Source: an uncultured Clostridia bacterium
GTDB lineage: Bacteria > Bacillota > Clostridia > TANB77 > CAG-508
NCBI GenBank assembly: GCA_944386695.1
Contig: CALXCB010000004.1
Coordinates: 1-51,950, forward strand
Direction of reading: 5' to 3'
Length of the DNA: 51,950 bases
Positions 1 to 10,802 of this stretch are shown here, one piece after another. A program made the position numbers and the translations under genes. The notes below the pieces were generated by a model. That model saw only the letters and a list, made by a program, of their open reading frames with translations. It did not search any database and was not told where the DNA came from. Numbering within the stretch: position 1 is the stretch's first letter; every line of letters starts with the position of its first letter.

Positions 1-185
1 TTCTATATTTCATTTCAATCTAACGGAATTACTGAAGTTTTCATACAGTGATCACTCCACTAACTGTGAATGGTAACCAAAAGTTCTAAATATTTTCATT
101 TTTTTCAAAAAAAACATTCCTTTTTAGCAAAATATGTGATAAAATTCATAAAAATAAAACATAATAAATATAGGAGGGATTATTT

Positions 186-425
186 ATGGAACTAGTTAGA
201 TGCTCTCGTTGTGGTGCATTTTATACAAATAATGGTTATGTTTGTCCAAAATGCCAAGCTAAAGACAATTCAGAATTATCTACTTTTAAAAATTTTGTTG
301 AAAAAAACGGTATTCAATTGCAATCTATAAGCCAAGTTTCTGTTTCTACAGGAATTTCAGAAAAAAATTTAAACCGCTTTTTAAATTATGATGGATTAGA
401 GGGATATAAAAAATTATTTAAGTAA
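186..425 (+). CDS. Zn-ribbon + HTH small protein, YvyF-like (flagellar-operon protein family)
   Basis: CxxC...CPxC followed by 'SISQVSVSTGISEKNLNRFL' HTH-like segment; AGGAGG RBS upstream. Confidence 0.6.
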   Translation: MELVRCSRCGAFYTNNGYVCPKCQAKDNSELSTFKNFVEKNGIQLQSISQVSVSTGISEKNLNRFLNYDGLEGYKKLFK

Positions 426-456
426 TATGTAAAAAATAATCGAAAGGACTGATTTA

Positions 457-1671
457 ATGCAAAACGTATTTGATGTTTTACAAGAAAGAAATTACATTGA
501 ACAAATGACACACCCTGAACAAATGAAAGAGATGTTTTCTAAAGAAAGCATTCCATTTTACATAGGAATTGATCCAACCGCAGATAGCTTACATGTTGGT
601 CATTTTGTTTCATTAATGGTTGCAAGCCATATGCAAAAGTGTGGTCATAAACCAATTATTCTTATGGGCGGAGGAACAGCAATCATTGGTGATCCTTCTG
701 GTAAAACAGACATGAGGAAAATGTTAACTAAGGAAATTATTAACCATAATGTGGCATGTATAAAAAAGCAAGTCGAGAAATTTGTTAATTTTGAAGGTGA
801 AAATGCTGCAATCATTGTTAATAATGCAGATTGGTTGTGTGATTTAAAGTATATTGATTTTATGAGAGAGATTGGAAGTAAATTTACTATTAATAAAATG
901 CTTGCTGCTGAATGTTATAAAAATCGAATGGAAGCAGGGCTTACATTTTTTGAAATGGGATATATGCTTATGCAATCTTATGACTTTTTACATTTATATG
1001 AAACTTATGGATGTAAACTCCAGATGGGTGGAAATGATCAATGGTCTAATATCATTGGTGGAGTTGAACTTATTAGAAAAATCGGTAAAAATGATTCATT
1101 TGGTTTAACTTTTAGACTTTTGACTACAAAAGAAGGTAAGAAAATGGGCAAAACTGAAAAAGGAGCTTTATGGCTTGACCCTCAAAAAACTTCTCCTTAT
1201 GAATTTTATCAATATTGGAGAAATATTGAAGATAGTAGTGTATATAGTGTTGCTTGTATGCTTACTTTTCTTCCAATGGAAGAAGTTAATCGTTTAGCTT
1301 CTCTAAAAGATGAAAATATAAATGAAGCTAAAAAAATATTGGCTTATGAAATCACTAAACTTGTTCATGGAGAAGAAGAAGCTAAAAAAGCTGAAGAGGC
1401 ATCTATTGCATTATTTGAGGGTAATGGTTCTGTTGATAATATGCCTAAAGTTAAACTTTCTAATCCTAATTGTAGTTTAATTGAAGCTATAGTACAATGT
1501 GGAATATGTAATTCAAACTCTCAAGCAAAAACTTTAATTAACCAAGGTGCAATTAGTTTAAATGACGAAAAAATTAGTGATATTACTTATATGCTTTCTG
1601 ATAAAGATTTTGAAGTAGAACATACTATTTTGAAAAAAGGTAAAAAGATTTATTATTGTTTAGAAAAATAA
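457..1671 (+). CDS. tyrS: Tyrosine--tRNA ligase
   Basis: GIDPTADSLHVGH (HIGH), QMGGNDQW, KMGKT (KMSKS), C-terminal S4-like domain. Confidence 0.97.
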   Translation: MQNVFDVLQERNYIEQMTHPEQMKEMFSKESIPFYIGIDPTADSLHVGHFVSLMVASHMQKCGHKPIILMGGGTAIIGDPSGKTDMRKMLTKEIINHNVACIKKQVEKFVNFEGENAAIIVNNADWLCDLKYIDFMREIGSKFTINKMLAAECYKNRMEAGLTFFEMGYMLMQSYDFLHLYETYGCKLQMGGNDQWSNIIGGVELIRKIGKNDSFGLTFRLLTTKEGKKMGKTEKGALWLDPQKTSPYEFYQYWRNIEDSSVYSVACMLTFLPMEEVNRLASLKDENINEAKKILAYEITKLVHGEEEAKKAEEASIALFEGNGSVDNMPKVKLSNPNCSLIEAIVQCGICNSNSQAKTLINQGAISLNDEKISDITYMLSDKDFEVEHTILKKGKKIYYCLEK

Positions 1672-1698
1672 TTTTTCTTTTATATAAAAACATATTGT

Positions 1699-1734
1699 AA
1701 ACAAATCGGAAAGCCAAAGCCTTCCGATTTGTTT
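1699..1734. terminator. Bidirectional intrinsic terminator between convergent tyrS and UPF0182 gene
   Basis: AAACAAATCGGAA...TTCCGATTTGTTT hairpin. Confidence 0.8.
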
Positions 1735-4533
1735 TTATTCATTTGTTTCATTGTAAAGTATATCATTTACAGTAATATTATTATTTACTAAATTGTTTTG
1801 ATCTAAAGTATTGTTACTTTCTTCCGAGTTTTCTTTATCTTCTTCAACTTGTGTTTTTAATAGATTAATTAATTCTTGCAATTTCTGGATATCTGAACCC
1901 ATAAATTCCCAATTATTACTGTTTAACGAATCTGATAAATCATCATTTGCTTTTATTATTGCATCAATTATTCCATCTATATTTTCAGTTGTTTCTAGAT
2001 CAATGTTTGTAGCATATTGTGAAATTAAATTTTTTACCGCTTCTTGCAAATTATCTCCTATTGCAACTTTATTTCCTGAAGCAACTACTACTTTTTTCAA
2101 TACTGGTAAATTACTTTCATTAACTAATGTCTGATATATAGGTTCTATATATATTAAGGTATTCTCTATAGGTACTATTATCATATTTTTGGTGACTTTT
2201 GCGCCTGTTACTGTTAGACTATCTATTTCACTTTGAATTGTTTCGTCTTGAGATATTTGGGTATCTAATTGTGTTGGTCCTAATATTGTTGTATCTGACT
2301 GTAGTGTTTTCATTTCTAACTTATTTTGTCCATTTTCTACTGTACCTATTAAATATGATTTAATATTTTGTTTATCTTTTTGAGTATACATTTGAATTAA
2401 TCCTATTGTATCATCTCCATTACTATTTTTTACCATTGTATAATATGCTTCTAAAACATTTCCTGTTTTATTTGTTGTTTGAGCATTTTTATATGTTGCT
2501 TTTTCCCAAGTATCATCACTTCTATATAAAACATCTGCTTTTGTGTTATGATATTCTTCTAGCATTGTAGCTTGTACATTATATAAAAATTCTGGATATA
2601 TAAACTGCTCTTGTATACTTTCTGGAATAGTCGCATCTAAGTCTTGAAATAATTCTGGATACACTTTTCTATATGCCATAGCAATTGGATCTGTTCTGTC
2701 TGTTATATAATATTTCATTTCTCCTGTATAACTATTTATAATTACTTTTATTGAATTTCTTATATAATTTATTCCTTGTCTTCTTCCATCATATTCTATT
2801 TCTGTATAAGTCGAATATGGATAACTACTTGATATTGTATATGCATCTAATACCCAATAAATATCCCCTTTATTATCAACAACCGTATATGGATCTTGAT
2901 CATAAACTACATCTGGAAGAGCTAGTTTTGCTCTTTCTATTATATTTCTATTTATTAAAACTTTACTATCAGATGTTACAGAATTTGAAAATGCTAAATT
3001 TATATTTTTTTCTTTTATTCCTAATATAAGTCTATCTAAGAAATTTAAATTAAGTCCTCCATCTCCATTATAATCTGTTTCATATTCTTGTCCTCCATCT
3101 GCATAGTCAAATTCTTTTTTATCTTTAGCATTTACTACTACTGTTGTATTAGTCTCTAGTCCATAATAAATTTGCGGTGTTTCTATATTTATTACATTGT
3201 TTTCACCAGCTATATCATTTTGAATATATTTTATTTCGCCATCTTCTGTTACTTCAGTAGCTGCTGTAAAAATCAAACCATATCCATGTGTATACTCATA
3301 AGTTTTACTATTATAAGTCCTCTTATTACTAATTATTTCTCTTGGAGAAACATACAATAATTTTTTTGCACCATCTACCATATAGCTTGATAGTTTAGCT
3401 GTTTTATAAGTATAATAACCGGTTCCTGTTTGAGTTTCTTCTAAGTTATCTAATACTGTTTGTTTATCTACTATTACTGTATTATTTATAATATTTTCAT
3501 TTTTTTCTACTTCTTCTACTGTTACTGTTCCTGTATAATCTATGGAACTACTATCACAATCTATAGCATAAGCCTTTTTTGTACTTGACATATTGCTTTC
3601 TATATACGTTCTTTCTTTGTCAAATTGATTAGGACTTACAAATATTAAATCAAATACTAGCATAAATACAAAAAGCAATACTAAATAAATTGGAACAATC
3701 AATAAATCTTTTAAAATTTTTATTTGATTTCCTTTTTTTAAACTATTAATTGCCTTGAATATAGCTATTAATAATATTACAGCTAATATATTATATCCCC
3801 AATATTTTATTGTACTATCTATAAATCCTGCTCCTGCAAGTTTTATATTATTATCTGTTGTTAGGAAATTATCAAAAACTACATCCATTGAACAAATTAA
3901 AATATAAATAGCTAATCCTACAGCAATAAAGCGTATACATCTATATAAAGTTTTCATAATTGGACTTTTTATCAATGTATCTTTATCTACACCATCAAAA
4001 TATTTATTAAATACCACTACATAATATCCAAATGAATATAATATTATTCCTACTAGTATACATATAAAATATATCGCAATCATTTTTATAAGTGGTTCTA
4101 TAAACATAAAGAATGATATATCTAAATTAAATATAGGATCTGTTTCTCCAAAGCTTGTATTGCTTATGCATAATATTATGTTTGGGGTAAAAATCATTCC
4201 TATAAATATACTTTCTATAAGTGCTACTACAAGTGATATTGATTTATTTGGAAGTCCAGGCATCTCTTTTTTTTCTTGTTCAAAAAATGTTTTTAGTCCT
4301 TTTTTTATCCCTCTTCCTGTAAGATACATTACTATATATATAATTATAAAATTAATTAACATTACCAAATATTGATATTTAACTTTTGTTAAAAAAGTTT
4401 GTAAAAAATTATCCCCTAACTCTTTATACTCTAAATAACTTCCTCGGAAATTTATAAATGCTATTAATGCAAATATTGCTAAAAAAACTATTACTATAAT
4501 TCTACGAATTGTTAGTGATTTCTTTTTTTCCAA
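1735..4533 (-). CDS. UPF0182 family membrane protein
   Basis: N-terminal TM helices; DPIFNLDISFFMF, YTHGYG, PQIYYG, YWVLDAYT, NYIRNSIK motifs; TTG start. Confidence 0.9.
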   Translation of the reverse strand: MEKKKSLTIRRIIVIVFLAIFALIAFINFRGSYLEYKELGDNFLQTFLTKVKYQYLVMLINFIIIYIVMYLTGRGIKKGLKTFFEQEKKEMPGLPNKSISLVVALIESIFIGMIFTPNIILCISNTSFGETDPIFNLDISFFMFIEPLIKMIAIYFICILVGIILYSFGYYVVVFNKYFDGVDKDTLIKSPIMKTLYRCIRFIAVGLAIYILICSMDVVFDNFLTTDNNIKLAGAGFIDSTIKYWGYNILAVILLIAIFKAINSLKKGNQIKILKDLLIVPIYLVLLFVFMLVFDLIFVSPNQFDKERTYIESNMSSTKKAYAIDCDSSSIDYTGTVTVEEVEKNENIINNTVIVDKQTVLDNLEETQTGTGYYTYKTAKLSSYMVDGAKKLLYVSPREIISNKRTYNSKTYEYTHGYGLIFTAATEVTEDGEIKYIQNDIAGENNVINIETPQIYYGLETNTTVVVNAKDKKEFDYADGGQEYETDYNGDGGLNLNFLDRLILGIKEKNINLAFSNSVTSDSKVLINRNIIERAKLALPDVVYDQDPYTVVDNKGDIYWVLDAYTISSSYPYSTYTEIEYDGRRQGINYIRNSIKVIINSYTGEMKYYITDRTDPIAMAYRKVYPELFQDLDATIPESIQEQFIYPEFLYNVQATMLEEYHNTKADVLYRSDDTWEKATYKNAQTTNKTGNVLEAYYTMVKNSNGDDTIGLIQMYTQKDKQNIKSYLIGTVENGQNKLEMKTLQSDTTILGPTQLDTQISQDETIQSEIDSLTVTGAKVTKNMIIVPIENTLIYIEPIYQTLVNESNLPVLKKVVVASGNKVAIGDNLQEAVKNLISQYATNIDLETTENIDGIIDAIIKANDDLSDSLNSNNWEFMGSDIQKLQELINLLKTQVEEDKENSEESNNTLDQNNLVNNNITVNDILYNETNE

Positions 4534-4550
4534 ATGTCCTTCCTCCTTTT

Positions 4551-5456
4551 CTATATTATCGCTTTTGCAAAATCTTCGCTATTGAAGACCTCCATGTCAT
4601 CAATTTGTTCTCCTACACCAATAAATTTTACAGGTATTTTGTTTTCTGACACAATTCCAACAACAACTCCCCCTTTACTTGAACCATCAAGTTTTGTTAA
4701 AATCAATCCTGTTACATCAGTTTCTTGCTTAAATACTTTTACCTGATTTATTGCATTCTGTCCAGTTGTACCATCTATTACTAGTAAAACTTCTTGACTT
4801 AATTCTCCCATCTCTTTATTTATGACTTTTTTTATTTTGTGTAACTCGTCCATTAAATATTTTTTATTATGTAACCTTCCTGCTGTATCAACAATTAAAA
4901 CATCTGCATTTGATTCTTTTGTTCTTTTTATTGCATCATATACTACTGATGCCGGATCATGTCCTTCTTCTTTTTTTACTATTTCTGCTCCTGCTCTATT
5001 TGCCCAAACTTCTAATTGTTCTACAGCTGCTGCTCTAAATGTATCTGCTGCTGCTATTACTACTTTTTTACCTTGTTCTCTTAATCTATTTGCTATTTTT
5101 CCAATTGAAGTTGTTTTTCCAACTCCATTAACTCCTACTACTAATATTACTGATGGAGTTGTTTCTAACTTTAAACTATTATCTAATTCATCAAATATAG
5201 ATTGAATTTCCTGCCTTAAAACTTCTTTTACTTCTTCTTCTTCTTTTATATTTTCTTTTTTTATTTTTTTTCTTAAATTGTCAACTATCTTTACTGATGT
5301 ATCTACTCCCATATCTGACATTATTAATACTTCTTCTAATTCTTCTAAAAATTCTTCATCTACTTTACGAAAATTGCTAAAAACATTATTTATCTTTGAA
5401 TCAAATGATTCTTTCGTTTTACTTAAACCTGATTTTAACTTGTCAAAAAATCCCAT
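4551..5456 (-). CDS. ftsY: Signal recognition particle receptor FtsY
   Basis: GVNGVGKTT, DTFRAAA, DTAGR, TKLDG motifs. Confidence 0.97.
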   Translation of the reverse strand: MGFFDKLKSGLSKTKESFDSKINNVFSNFRKVDEEFLEELEEVLIMSDMGVDTSVKIVDNLRKKIKKENIKEEEEVKEVLRQEIQSIFDELDNSLKLETTPSVILVVGVNGVGKTTSIGKIANRLREQGKKVVIAAADTFRAAAVEQLEVWANRAGAEIVKKEEGHDPASVVYDAIKRTKESNADVLIVDTAGRLHNKKYLMDELHKIKKVINKEMGELSQEVLLVIDGTTGQNAINQVKVFKQETDVTGLILTKLDGSSKGGVVVGIVSENKIPVKFIGVGEQIDDMEVFNSEDFAKAII

Positions 5457-5563
5457 TTGAATTCCTCTTTTCTTTTTATTTTTCCATATTATAGCACAAT
5501 ATATATAAAAAAAGCAAGAGAGTGTATTTTCTCTTACTTACATTTTTTATAATATTGTCCAAT

Positions 5564-6808
5564 TTATCTATTACCATCATAAAAATCCATTGTTTCTTTT
5601 TCTATCTTTTCTTTTATATGTGGAATTGTCTTATCTTCTGAATATAATTTATATTTTCCTTTTGGTTCAATCATATCTTTTAATGCATTTTCGTTTGTTT
5701 TTTGTATTGGTTCTTCTCTATTTTTTAAATCTAAAATGTAATATTCATATTCATCTTTTCCTGTTTTTACCCAAAATATATTTTCAAAATCTAACCCTTT
5801 TTTGGCCTTTGTATAAATATTGCATCCTCCTATTCTTGAATGATGAATATTTCGTTTTAGTGTTTCTGAGTATTCTTCATAATATAAATCTTTGCTATCT
5901 AGGAGTGCATCAAACATATATCTTAAGTATTGTATTGATTCATGAAATCCTAAATCTTTTAGATTAATTGTTTTTAATATAAAATTAAATTTTGCTCTAA
6001 ATATATCCTCCCTAGTTGCATTTTCATTAAGTTCTAATGTTTCTCTTGCAGAAACTATTTCCTTATTTTTTGATTTTATTGTATTGATATTTATTGCATC
6101 CATTTCTCGCTTTAACATAGAAATATATACATTTGTATAATCCTGACCATTTTTCAAATAGCCTATTTTTTCATCAATTTTCTTTAATTCTCTAAAAAAA
6201 TCTTGAAGTTCTTTTTCTTCTTCTGTTCCTTTATAAAATATTCTTGGATTTGTTATTGGTTTTTCTCCTAATAACTTTAATGGAATGAAACTATCATAAT
6301 TATAGTATTTTTCTGATTCCATTGGCATTATTTTTTTCTTTAATTTAAATAAATCTTGATTATTTTCCATTACATTATCTTTTGTTGGATCTATCCTAAA
6401 TTCTTTTCCATCTAATTTTGCAATTACTATTGCATGGTGCTGTTTTGTATTTACTATAACATCTGTTATTCCAACTCTATTTAATAATTCTTGATAAATT
6501 CTTCCCCAAGATTTACAAGTTATTTCTGTCTTTGTTATATGCTCAATATCAAATTCTCGATTATAAATTTCCTGATATTCTTTATCTACAATTTCATATA
6601 AATTTAATTCTGGATCAAAATTTACATATTGGCATAATTTAACTTGAATAAACCTTGCCTTTTCTATTTCACTCCAAGATGGATTTATTTTATTGATAAT
6701 TTCTTTTTCAAAATTTATTTCTTCTATTGGTTCTTTAGCTTCTGGCAATAGCTTTGTTTTATTAAAAATCTTATTTAATTTTTCTTTAAAAAAATCTATT
6801 AATCCCAT
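5564..6808 (-). CDS. Hypothetical protein, putative transglutaminase-like Cys-His-Asp fold
   Basis: ITC...LLNRVGI...HHAIVI...DG...IDPTKD spacing; resembles the adjacent 6860-7825 protein. Confidence 0.5.
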   Translation of the reverse strand: MGLIDFFKEKLNKIFNKTKLLPEAKEPIEEINFEKEIINKINPSWSEIEKARFIQVKLCQYVNFDPELNLYEIVDKEYQEIYNREFDIEHITKTEITCKSWGRIYQELLNRVGITDVIVNTKQHHAIVIAKLDGKEFRIDPTKDNVMENNQDLFKLKKKIMPMESEKYYNYDSFIPLKLLGEKPITNPRIFYKGTEEEKELQDFFRELKKIDEKIGYLKNGQDYTNVYISMLKREMDAININTIKSKNKEIVSARETLELNENATREDIFRAKFNFILKTINLKDLGFHESIQYLRYMFDALLDSKDLYYEEYSETLKRNIHHSRIGGCNIYTKAKKGLDFENIFWVKTGKDEYEYYILDLKNREEPIQKTNENALKDMIEPKGKYKLYSEDKTIPHIKEKIEKETMDFYDGNR

Positions 6809-6859
6809 TATATCTCTCTACTTTCATAGGTATTTTCTTTTAATATCTTTTTGTTATTT

Positions 6860-7825
6860 TTATCTTGTTTCTTCCTCTTCTTTTTTTAATTCTTTTACTG
6901 CTCTTTTTATTCCTGATATATTTTCTAAAATTACTAATCCATTTTTTATAGCATTAGCAAATTTCATGAAATCTATTTGTTTATATCTACCTGTTTTTTG
7001 ATTATATACATATATATCAACTTTTCCTTTATTTTGTACAGTCACACAATTTACATATCTTCTTTTTCCATTTATTTCTTTATAACAATCGATTAAACGA
7101 ATTTTACTACTATTTCCTAAGTCAAATTCTTCATTTTTAAAAATTTCTTCAAATTTATGTGCGTGATAAAATTTTCTATCTGTATATCCTAATTTAGTGG
7201 TTTCATAAAAATCTAAGTTTTCTAATACAAATTTTACTCTTTCGCCAAAATCGTCAAAGTAATCCATAGCTTGTTTTAATAAATATACATAATCATCAGC
7301 ATAGTAATTCTCATCACTAATATATCCTGATTTTCTATCCATTTGTTCTTGCTCTACTCTGCTTATAACTGGTGGCTTGCCGTCTTCAAGTGATAAACCA
7401 AAGTTTTTAGTAAATGAATGTGCTTGAATATTATACATATCGTCTTGTAAATCAATACTATATGGTTCACTTCCATCTTTTGGATATATGATATTATATA
7501 TATGTTGTTGTCTTCTATGATCTTCTTCAAGTACAACTGTTTTAATATTTACTCCAATAGTCTTTAATACATATTCTAATATGTATGCCGCTGATCTACA
7601 AATAACTATATTAGTTTCCATAGATTTTTCCATTTCTTCTTTAAATCGACTTCTTTTATATACTTCATCTCTGAATTTAGAATTTCTTGTATAAAATTCA
7701 TCATTAAATGAAAATCTTCTCGCTAATTCAAAATATACATGTCGAATTAATTCTACCTCTGACATATTTGGATTTTTTTGCTTATATTTTTTTACTTGTT
7801 CTACATATTCATCTAGATTACTCAT
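6860..7825 (-). CDS. Hypothetical protein, putative transglutaminase-like Cys-His-Asp fold
   Basis: VIC...LKTIGV...HIYNII...DG...IDLQDD; apparent paralog of neighbour. Confidence 0.5.
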   Translation of the reverse strand: MSNLDEYVEQVKKYKQKNPNMSEVELIRHVYFELARRFSFNDEFYTRNSKFRDEVYKRSRFKEEMEKSMETNIVICRSAAYILEYVLKTIGVNIKTVVLEEDHRRQQHIYNIIYPKDGSEPYSIDLQDDMYNIQAHSFTKNFGLSLEDGKPPVISRVEQEQMDRKSGYISDENYYADDYVYLLKQAMDYFDDFGERVKFVLENLDFYETTKLGYTDRKFYHAHKFEEIFKNEEFDLGNSSKIRLIDCYKEINGKRRYVNCVTVQNKGKVDIYVYNQKTGRYKQIDFMKFANAIKNGLVILENISGIKRAVKELKKEEEETR

Positions 7826-7840
7826 ATAATTCCTTTCATT

Positions 7841-8311
7841 CTACTCATGTTTTTTACAAACATCTACCCATTTTTTATAATTAGATGTTTTTTCCAATTC
7901 ATCTAAGCTTAATTTAACTGCACTATTGGAACTACCGCAAGCAGGATATATTACTTCAAATCTTTTTAGTGAATTATCTAAGTAAATATCTACATTTGGG
8001 TTAACTCCAAAAGGACAAACTCCACCTACTGCATGACCAGTTAATTTTTCGACTTGATCAAAAGGTATCATTTTAGCTTTTGTGTGAAATTCAGTTTTAT
8101 ATTTGCTATTATCTATTTTAGAATCTCCTGCTACTACAATTAATATAGGTTTATCATCTACTATAAATGATAATGTTTTAGCTATTTCTTCTTCCTTGCA
8201 GTTTATAGCTCTAGCCGCTTCTTCGACTGTTGCTGATGAAACAGAAAATTCCATGATTTTATTTTCTAATCCGTATTTTTGTAAATATTTTTTTGCTTTT
8301 TCTAATGACAT
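7841..8311 (-). CDS. YbaK/EbsC family aminoacyl-tRNA deacylase
   Basis: SATVEEAA, IAKTL, GHAVGGVCPFG motifs. Confidence 0.92.
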   Translation of the reverse strand: MSLEKAKKYLQKYGLENKIMEFSVSSATVEEAARAINCKEEEIAKTLSFIVDDKPILIVVAGDSKIDNSKYKTEFHTKAKMIPFDQVEKLTGHAVGGVCPFGVNPNVDIYLDNSLKRFEVIYPACGSSNSAVKLSLDELEKTSNYKKWVDVCKKHE

Positions 8312-8332
8312 AATTATTACCTCTCTTTAAAT

Positions 8333-9613
8333 TTAATTTCCTATTTTACCGGTTTCCATTTTTAACTTTAACCAATTAATTCTTTCTTGGTGCAATCTTT
8401 CTCCTAATTTTTTACCTGGCTTTAGATTATACTTTTTTTCTATATATCCTCCATTTATAGATGTCAGGCATTTATTACCTATTTTGTCGAAATTAATATT
8501 TTCTAAATTTGAATCTTTGCAATCTCTTGTTCTATCACTTATTACTACAATTTTTAGTCCATCTAACCCTAGAATAGATTTATTTACTCTTTCTATAAAA
8601 TCTACCTGTTTTGCAGGTGTCATTTTAGCAAAAATTCCTCCTCTCATATGTTCTCTACAAGCTGTTTTTCCACATTTTATCCATCTATCGGGGATTTTTA
8701 AGTTTTTTCCTAAGTTTCTTACAAGTGGTATCCCTGCTTCTTCATGACCATAATGGTGTGGATACATTGTTTTAGGTGTTACTCCTTTTCCTAAATCGTG
8801 AACAAGTGTAGCAAAACGTATTTCCAATTGTCTACTTTTTTCTATTTGTTTGGTTAATTTAGCAGCATTATCTAGTGCTTGCATTGTATGATTATAAGCA
8901 TCTCCCTCTGGATGGTACTTAATTGGTTGTTCAGCACCAATTAAATTGGCTATTTCTTTAAAATGAACCTCTAGTATATTTGCTTGTTTTAATACATTAA
9001 AAAATATAGATGGTTTATCAGTTTCTAATGCTTTACTAAATTCTGCAAATACTCTTTCTGCTGATAATGTTTTTAGCTCTTCTTTTAATTCATTCATTAA
9101 TTTTAAAGTTTTTTCTTCTACTCTAAAGCCTAGTTGTGCAGCAATTCTCGCTACTCTATAAACTCTTAAAGGATCTTCTTTAAAATGTGTTGTAGTTGCT
9201 CTAATTATTTTTTGCTCTATATCTTTTTCTCCATTAAATGGATCTATTCTTTTATTAGTAAGAATATCAATTGCAATTGAATTGATTGTAATATCTCTTC
9301 TTGCTAAATCTTCTTCTATAGTTATTTGTTTATTTGTAATAATTTTAAATCCTCTATGTCCTTTTCCTACTTTTTCTTCTGATCTTGCTAATGCAAATTC
9401 TGCATTATTAATTATAAAAACTGGAAATGATTTTCCTCTTATTCTTGCTTGTGGAAATGCTTTTTGAAATTCTTCAGCCGTTATTCCTGTAATACAATAA
9501 TCATTGTCATGATTTTCTTTTCCTAGTAATTCATCTCTTACAGCTCCACCTACTAAATAGAGCCTCCCTCCTAATGTATTTATTTTTTCAGCAATTTTTT
9601 GGATATTATCCAT
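8333..9613 (-). CDS. cca: CCA tRNA nucleotidyltransferase with HD domain
   Basis: YLVGGAVRD, DLARRDITIN, EDPLRVYR, HPEGD..HT and HDLGK. Confidence 0.9.
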   Translation of the reverse strand: MDNIQKIAEKINTLGGRLYLVGGAVRDELLGKENHDNDYCITGITAEEFQKAFPQARIRGKSFPVFIINNAEFALARSEEKVGKGHRGFKIITNKQITIEEDLARRDITINSIAIDILTNKRIDPFNGEKDIEQKIIRATTTHFKEDPLRVYRVARIAAQLGFRVEEKTLKLMNELKEELKTLSAERVFAEFSKALETDKPSIFFNVLKQANILEVHFKEIANLIGAEQPIKYHPEGDAYNHTMQALDNAAKLTKQIEKSRQLEIRFATLVHDLGKGVTPKTMYPHHYGHEEAGIPLVRNLGKNLKIPDRWIKCGKTACREHMRGGIFAKMTPAKQVDFIERVNKSILGLDGLKIVVISDRTRDCKDSNLENINFDKIGNKCLTSINGGYIEKKYNLKPGKKLGERLHQERINWLKLKMETGKIGN

Positions 9614-9713
9614 TTTATAAAATCTCCTTACATGACTTGTTCCTTTTGAATCTATATAATATTTTAATAGTTTGAGTTTATTTAAGTATAATCTATATTT
9701 TATATTTTTTTAT

Positions 9714-10163
9714 TTAAATAATTTTACCGCTTACATAACATTCATATATATAGCTAGGATTTTCATAATACATACTACTATTATAATTATCAATTTTTTC
9801 TATAATCCATGATGATAATACATCTATTAATGTGTCCACATATTTGTTTTCATCTTTATTAACCATAATTATTAATCTTTTATATACTTTTCCTATATCC
9901 CAATATGTAGGTACATTATATTGGCACCTACTAATAATATCATATGTTCCTGTTTTTATATTAGTCTTTGCAATAAATTCATCAGAAACCTTCTCTATAT
10001 TTTCACAATGATAAACTTCTGCAAGCTTATATATTTTCTTAATATTTTCTTTTCCTAATTTTTCCACAACTACTTTTTTAGTATTTTTTGTTTTTCTAGC
10101 GATATATTCAATCAGACTACAAGTATAAAATAAATCATTTTCTTTTTGTGGTTCTCCAATCAT
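9714..10163 (-). CDS. Conserved hypothetical protein (usually found downstream of DUF3990 genes)
   Basis: DLFYTCSLIEYIARKT...YHCENIEKV, NYNSSMYYENP; GGAGG RBS; follows a DUF3990 remnant. Confidence 0.6.
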   Translation of the reverse strand: MIGEPQKENDLFYTCSLIEYIARKTKNTKKVVVEKLGKENIKKIYKLAEVYHCENIEKVSDEFIAKTNIKTGTYDIISRCQYNVPTYWDIGKVYKRLIIMVNKDENKYVDTLIDVLSSWIIEKIDNYNSSMYYENPSYIYECYVSGKII

Positions 10164-10167
10164 TTTG

Positions 10168-10281
10168 TCAATCCTCCAATCTTATAGATTTTACAAATTT
10201 TATTGTTTCTAAAGATTTTTCAGTACAAAAAGCTATTTGATGTGTTGGATGTCTAAATTTTGCTAATTTCCAAAAAATTTG
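10168..10281 (-). pseudogene. C-terminal remnant of a DUF3990-family gene
   Basis: Translates QIFWKLAKFRHPTHQIAFCTEKSLETIKFVKSIRLED*, with no start codon, directly after the PTP stop. Confidence 0.6.
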
Positions 10282-10740
10282 TTAACAACATATTTTCTTT
10301 AAATATTTCATAAATCCTTCTAACCCCTCTGTTATATCATCATAAGTTTTATCAAAGTTTCCTGTATACCATGGGTCTGCAATATCTCTTGGGTTGTCTG
10401 TAAAATCTAATAATTTATATATTTTATTTTCCTTATCTTCTCCAACAATCCTTTTTATATTTACTATATTTTTTTCTTCCATAGCAATAATATAATCAAA
10501 TGTTTCATAATCTTGTTTTGTGATTTTTCTAGCAGTGTGGTTTCCACATTTTATGCCCATTTGTTGAAGTTTTTTTCTTGTACCATAATAGACTGGACTT
10601 TCTTCGTCTGGACTTGTCCCTGCAGAGTCTATATAGAATTTTTCTTCTATTCCTTCTTTTTTTACCATATCTTTAAATATATATTCTGCCATTGGAGATC
10701 TACATATATTTCCTAAACATACAAATAATACTTTTATCAT
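10282..10740 (-). CDS. Low molecular weight protein-tyrosine phosphatase
   Basis: VCLGNICRS P-loop and DPWY motif. Confidence 0.95.
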   Translation of the reverse strand: MIKVLFVCLGNICRSPMAEYIFKDMVKKEGIEEKFYIDSAGTSPDEESPVYYGTRKKLQQMGIKCGNHTARKITKQDYETFDYIIAMEEKNIVNIKRIVGEDKENKIYKLLDFTDNPRDIADPWYTGNFDKTYDDITEGLEGFMKYLKKICC

Positions 10741-10802
10741 ATATTTCCCTTTCTATTTACTATTATAACATTTTTCTTATCATTACCAATTTATAATTAT
10801 TT

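Noticed and set aside
1-90. Possible structured RNA or leader on the minus strand at the window edge
   Set aside because: Truncated by the window, with no recognisable family motif.
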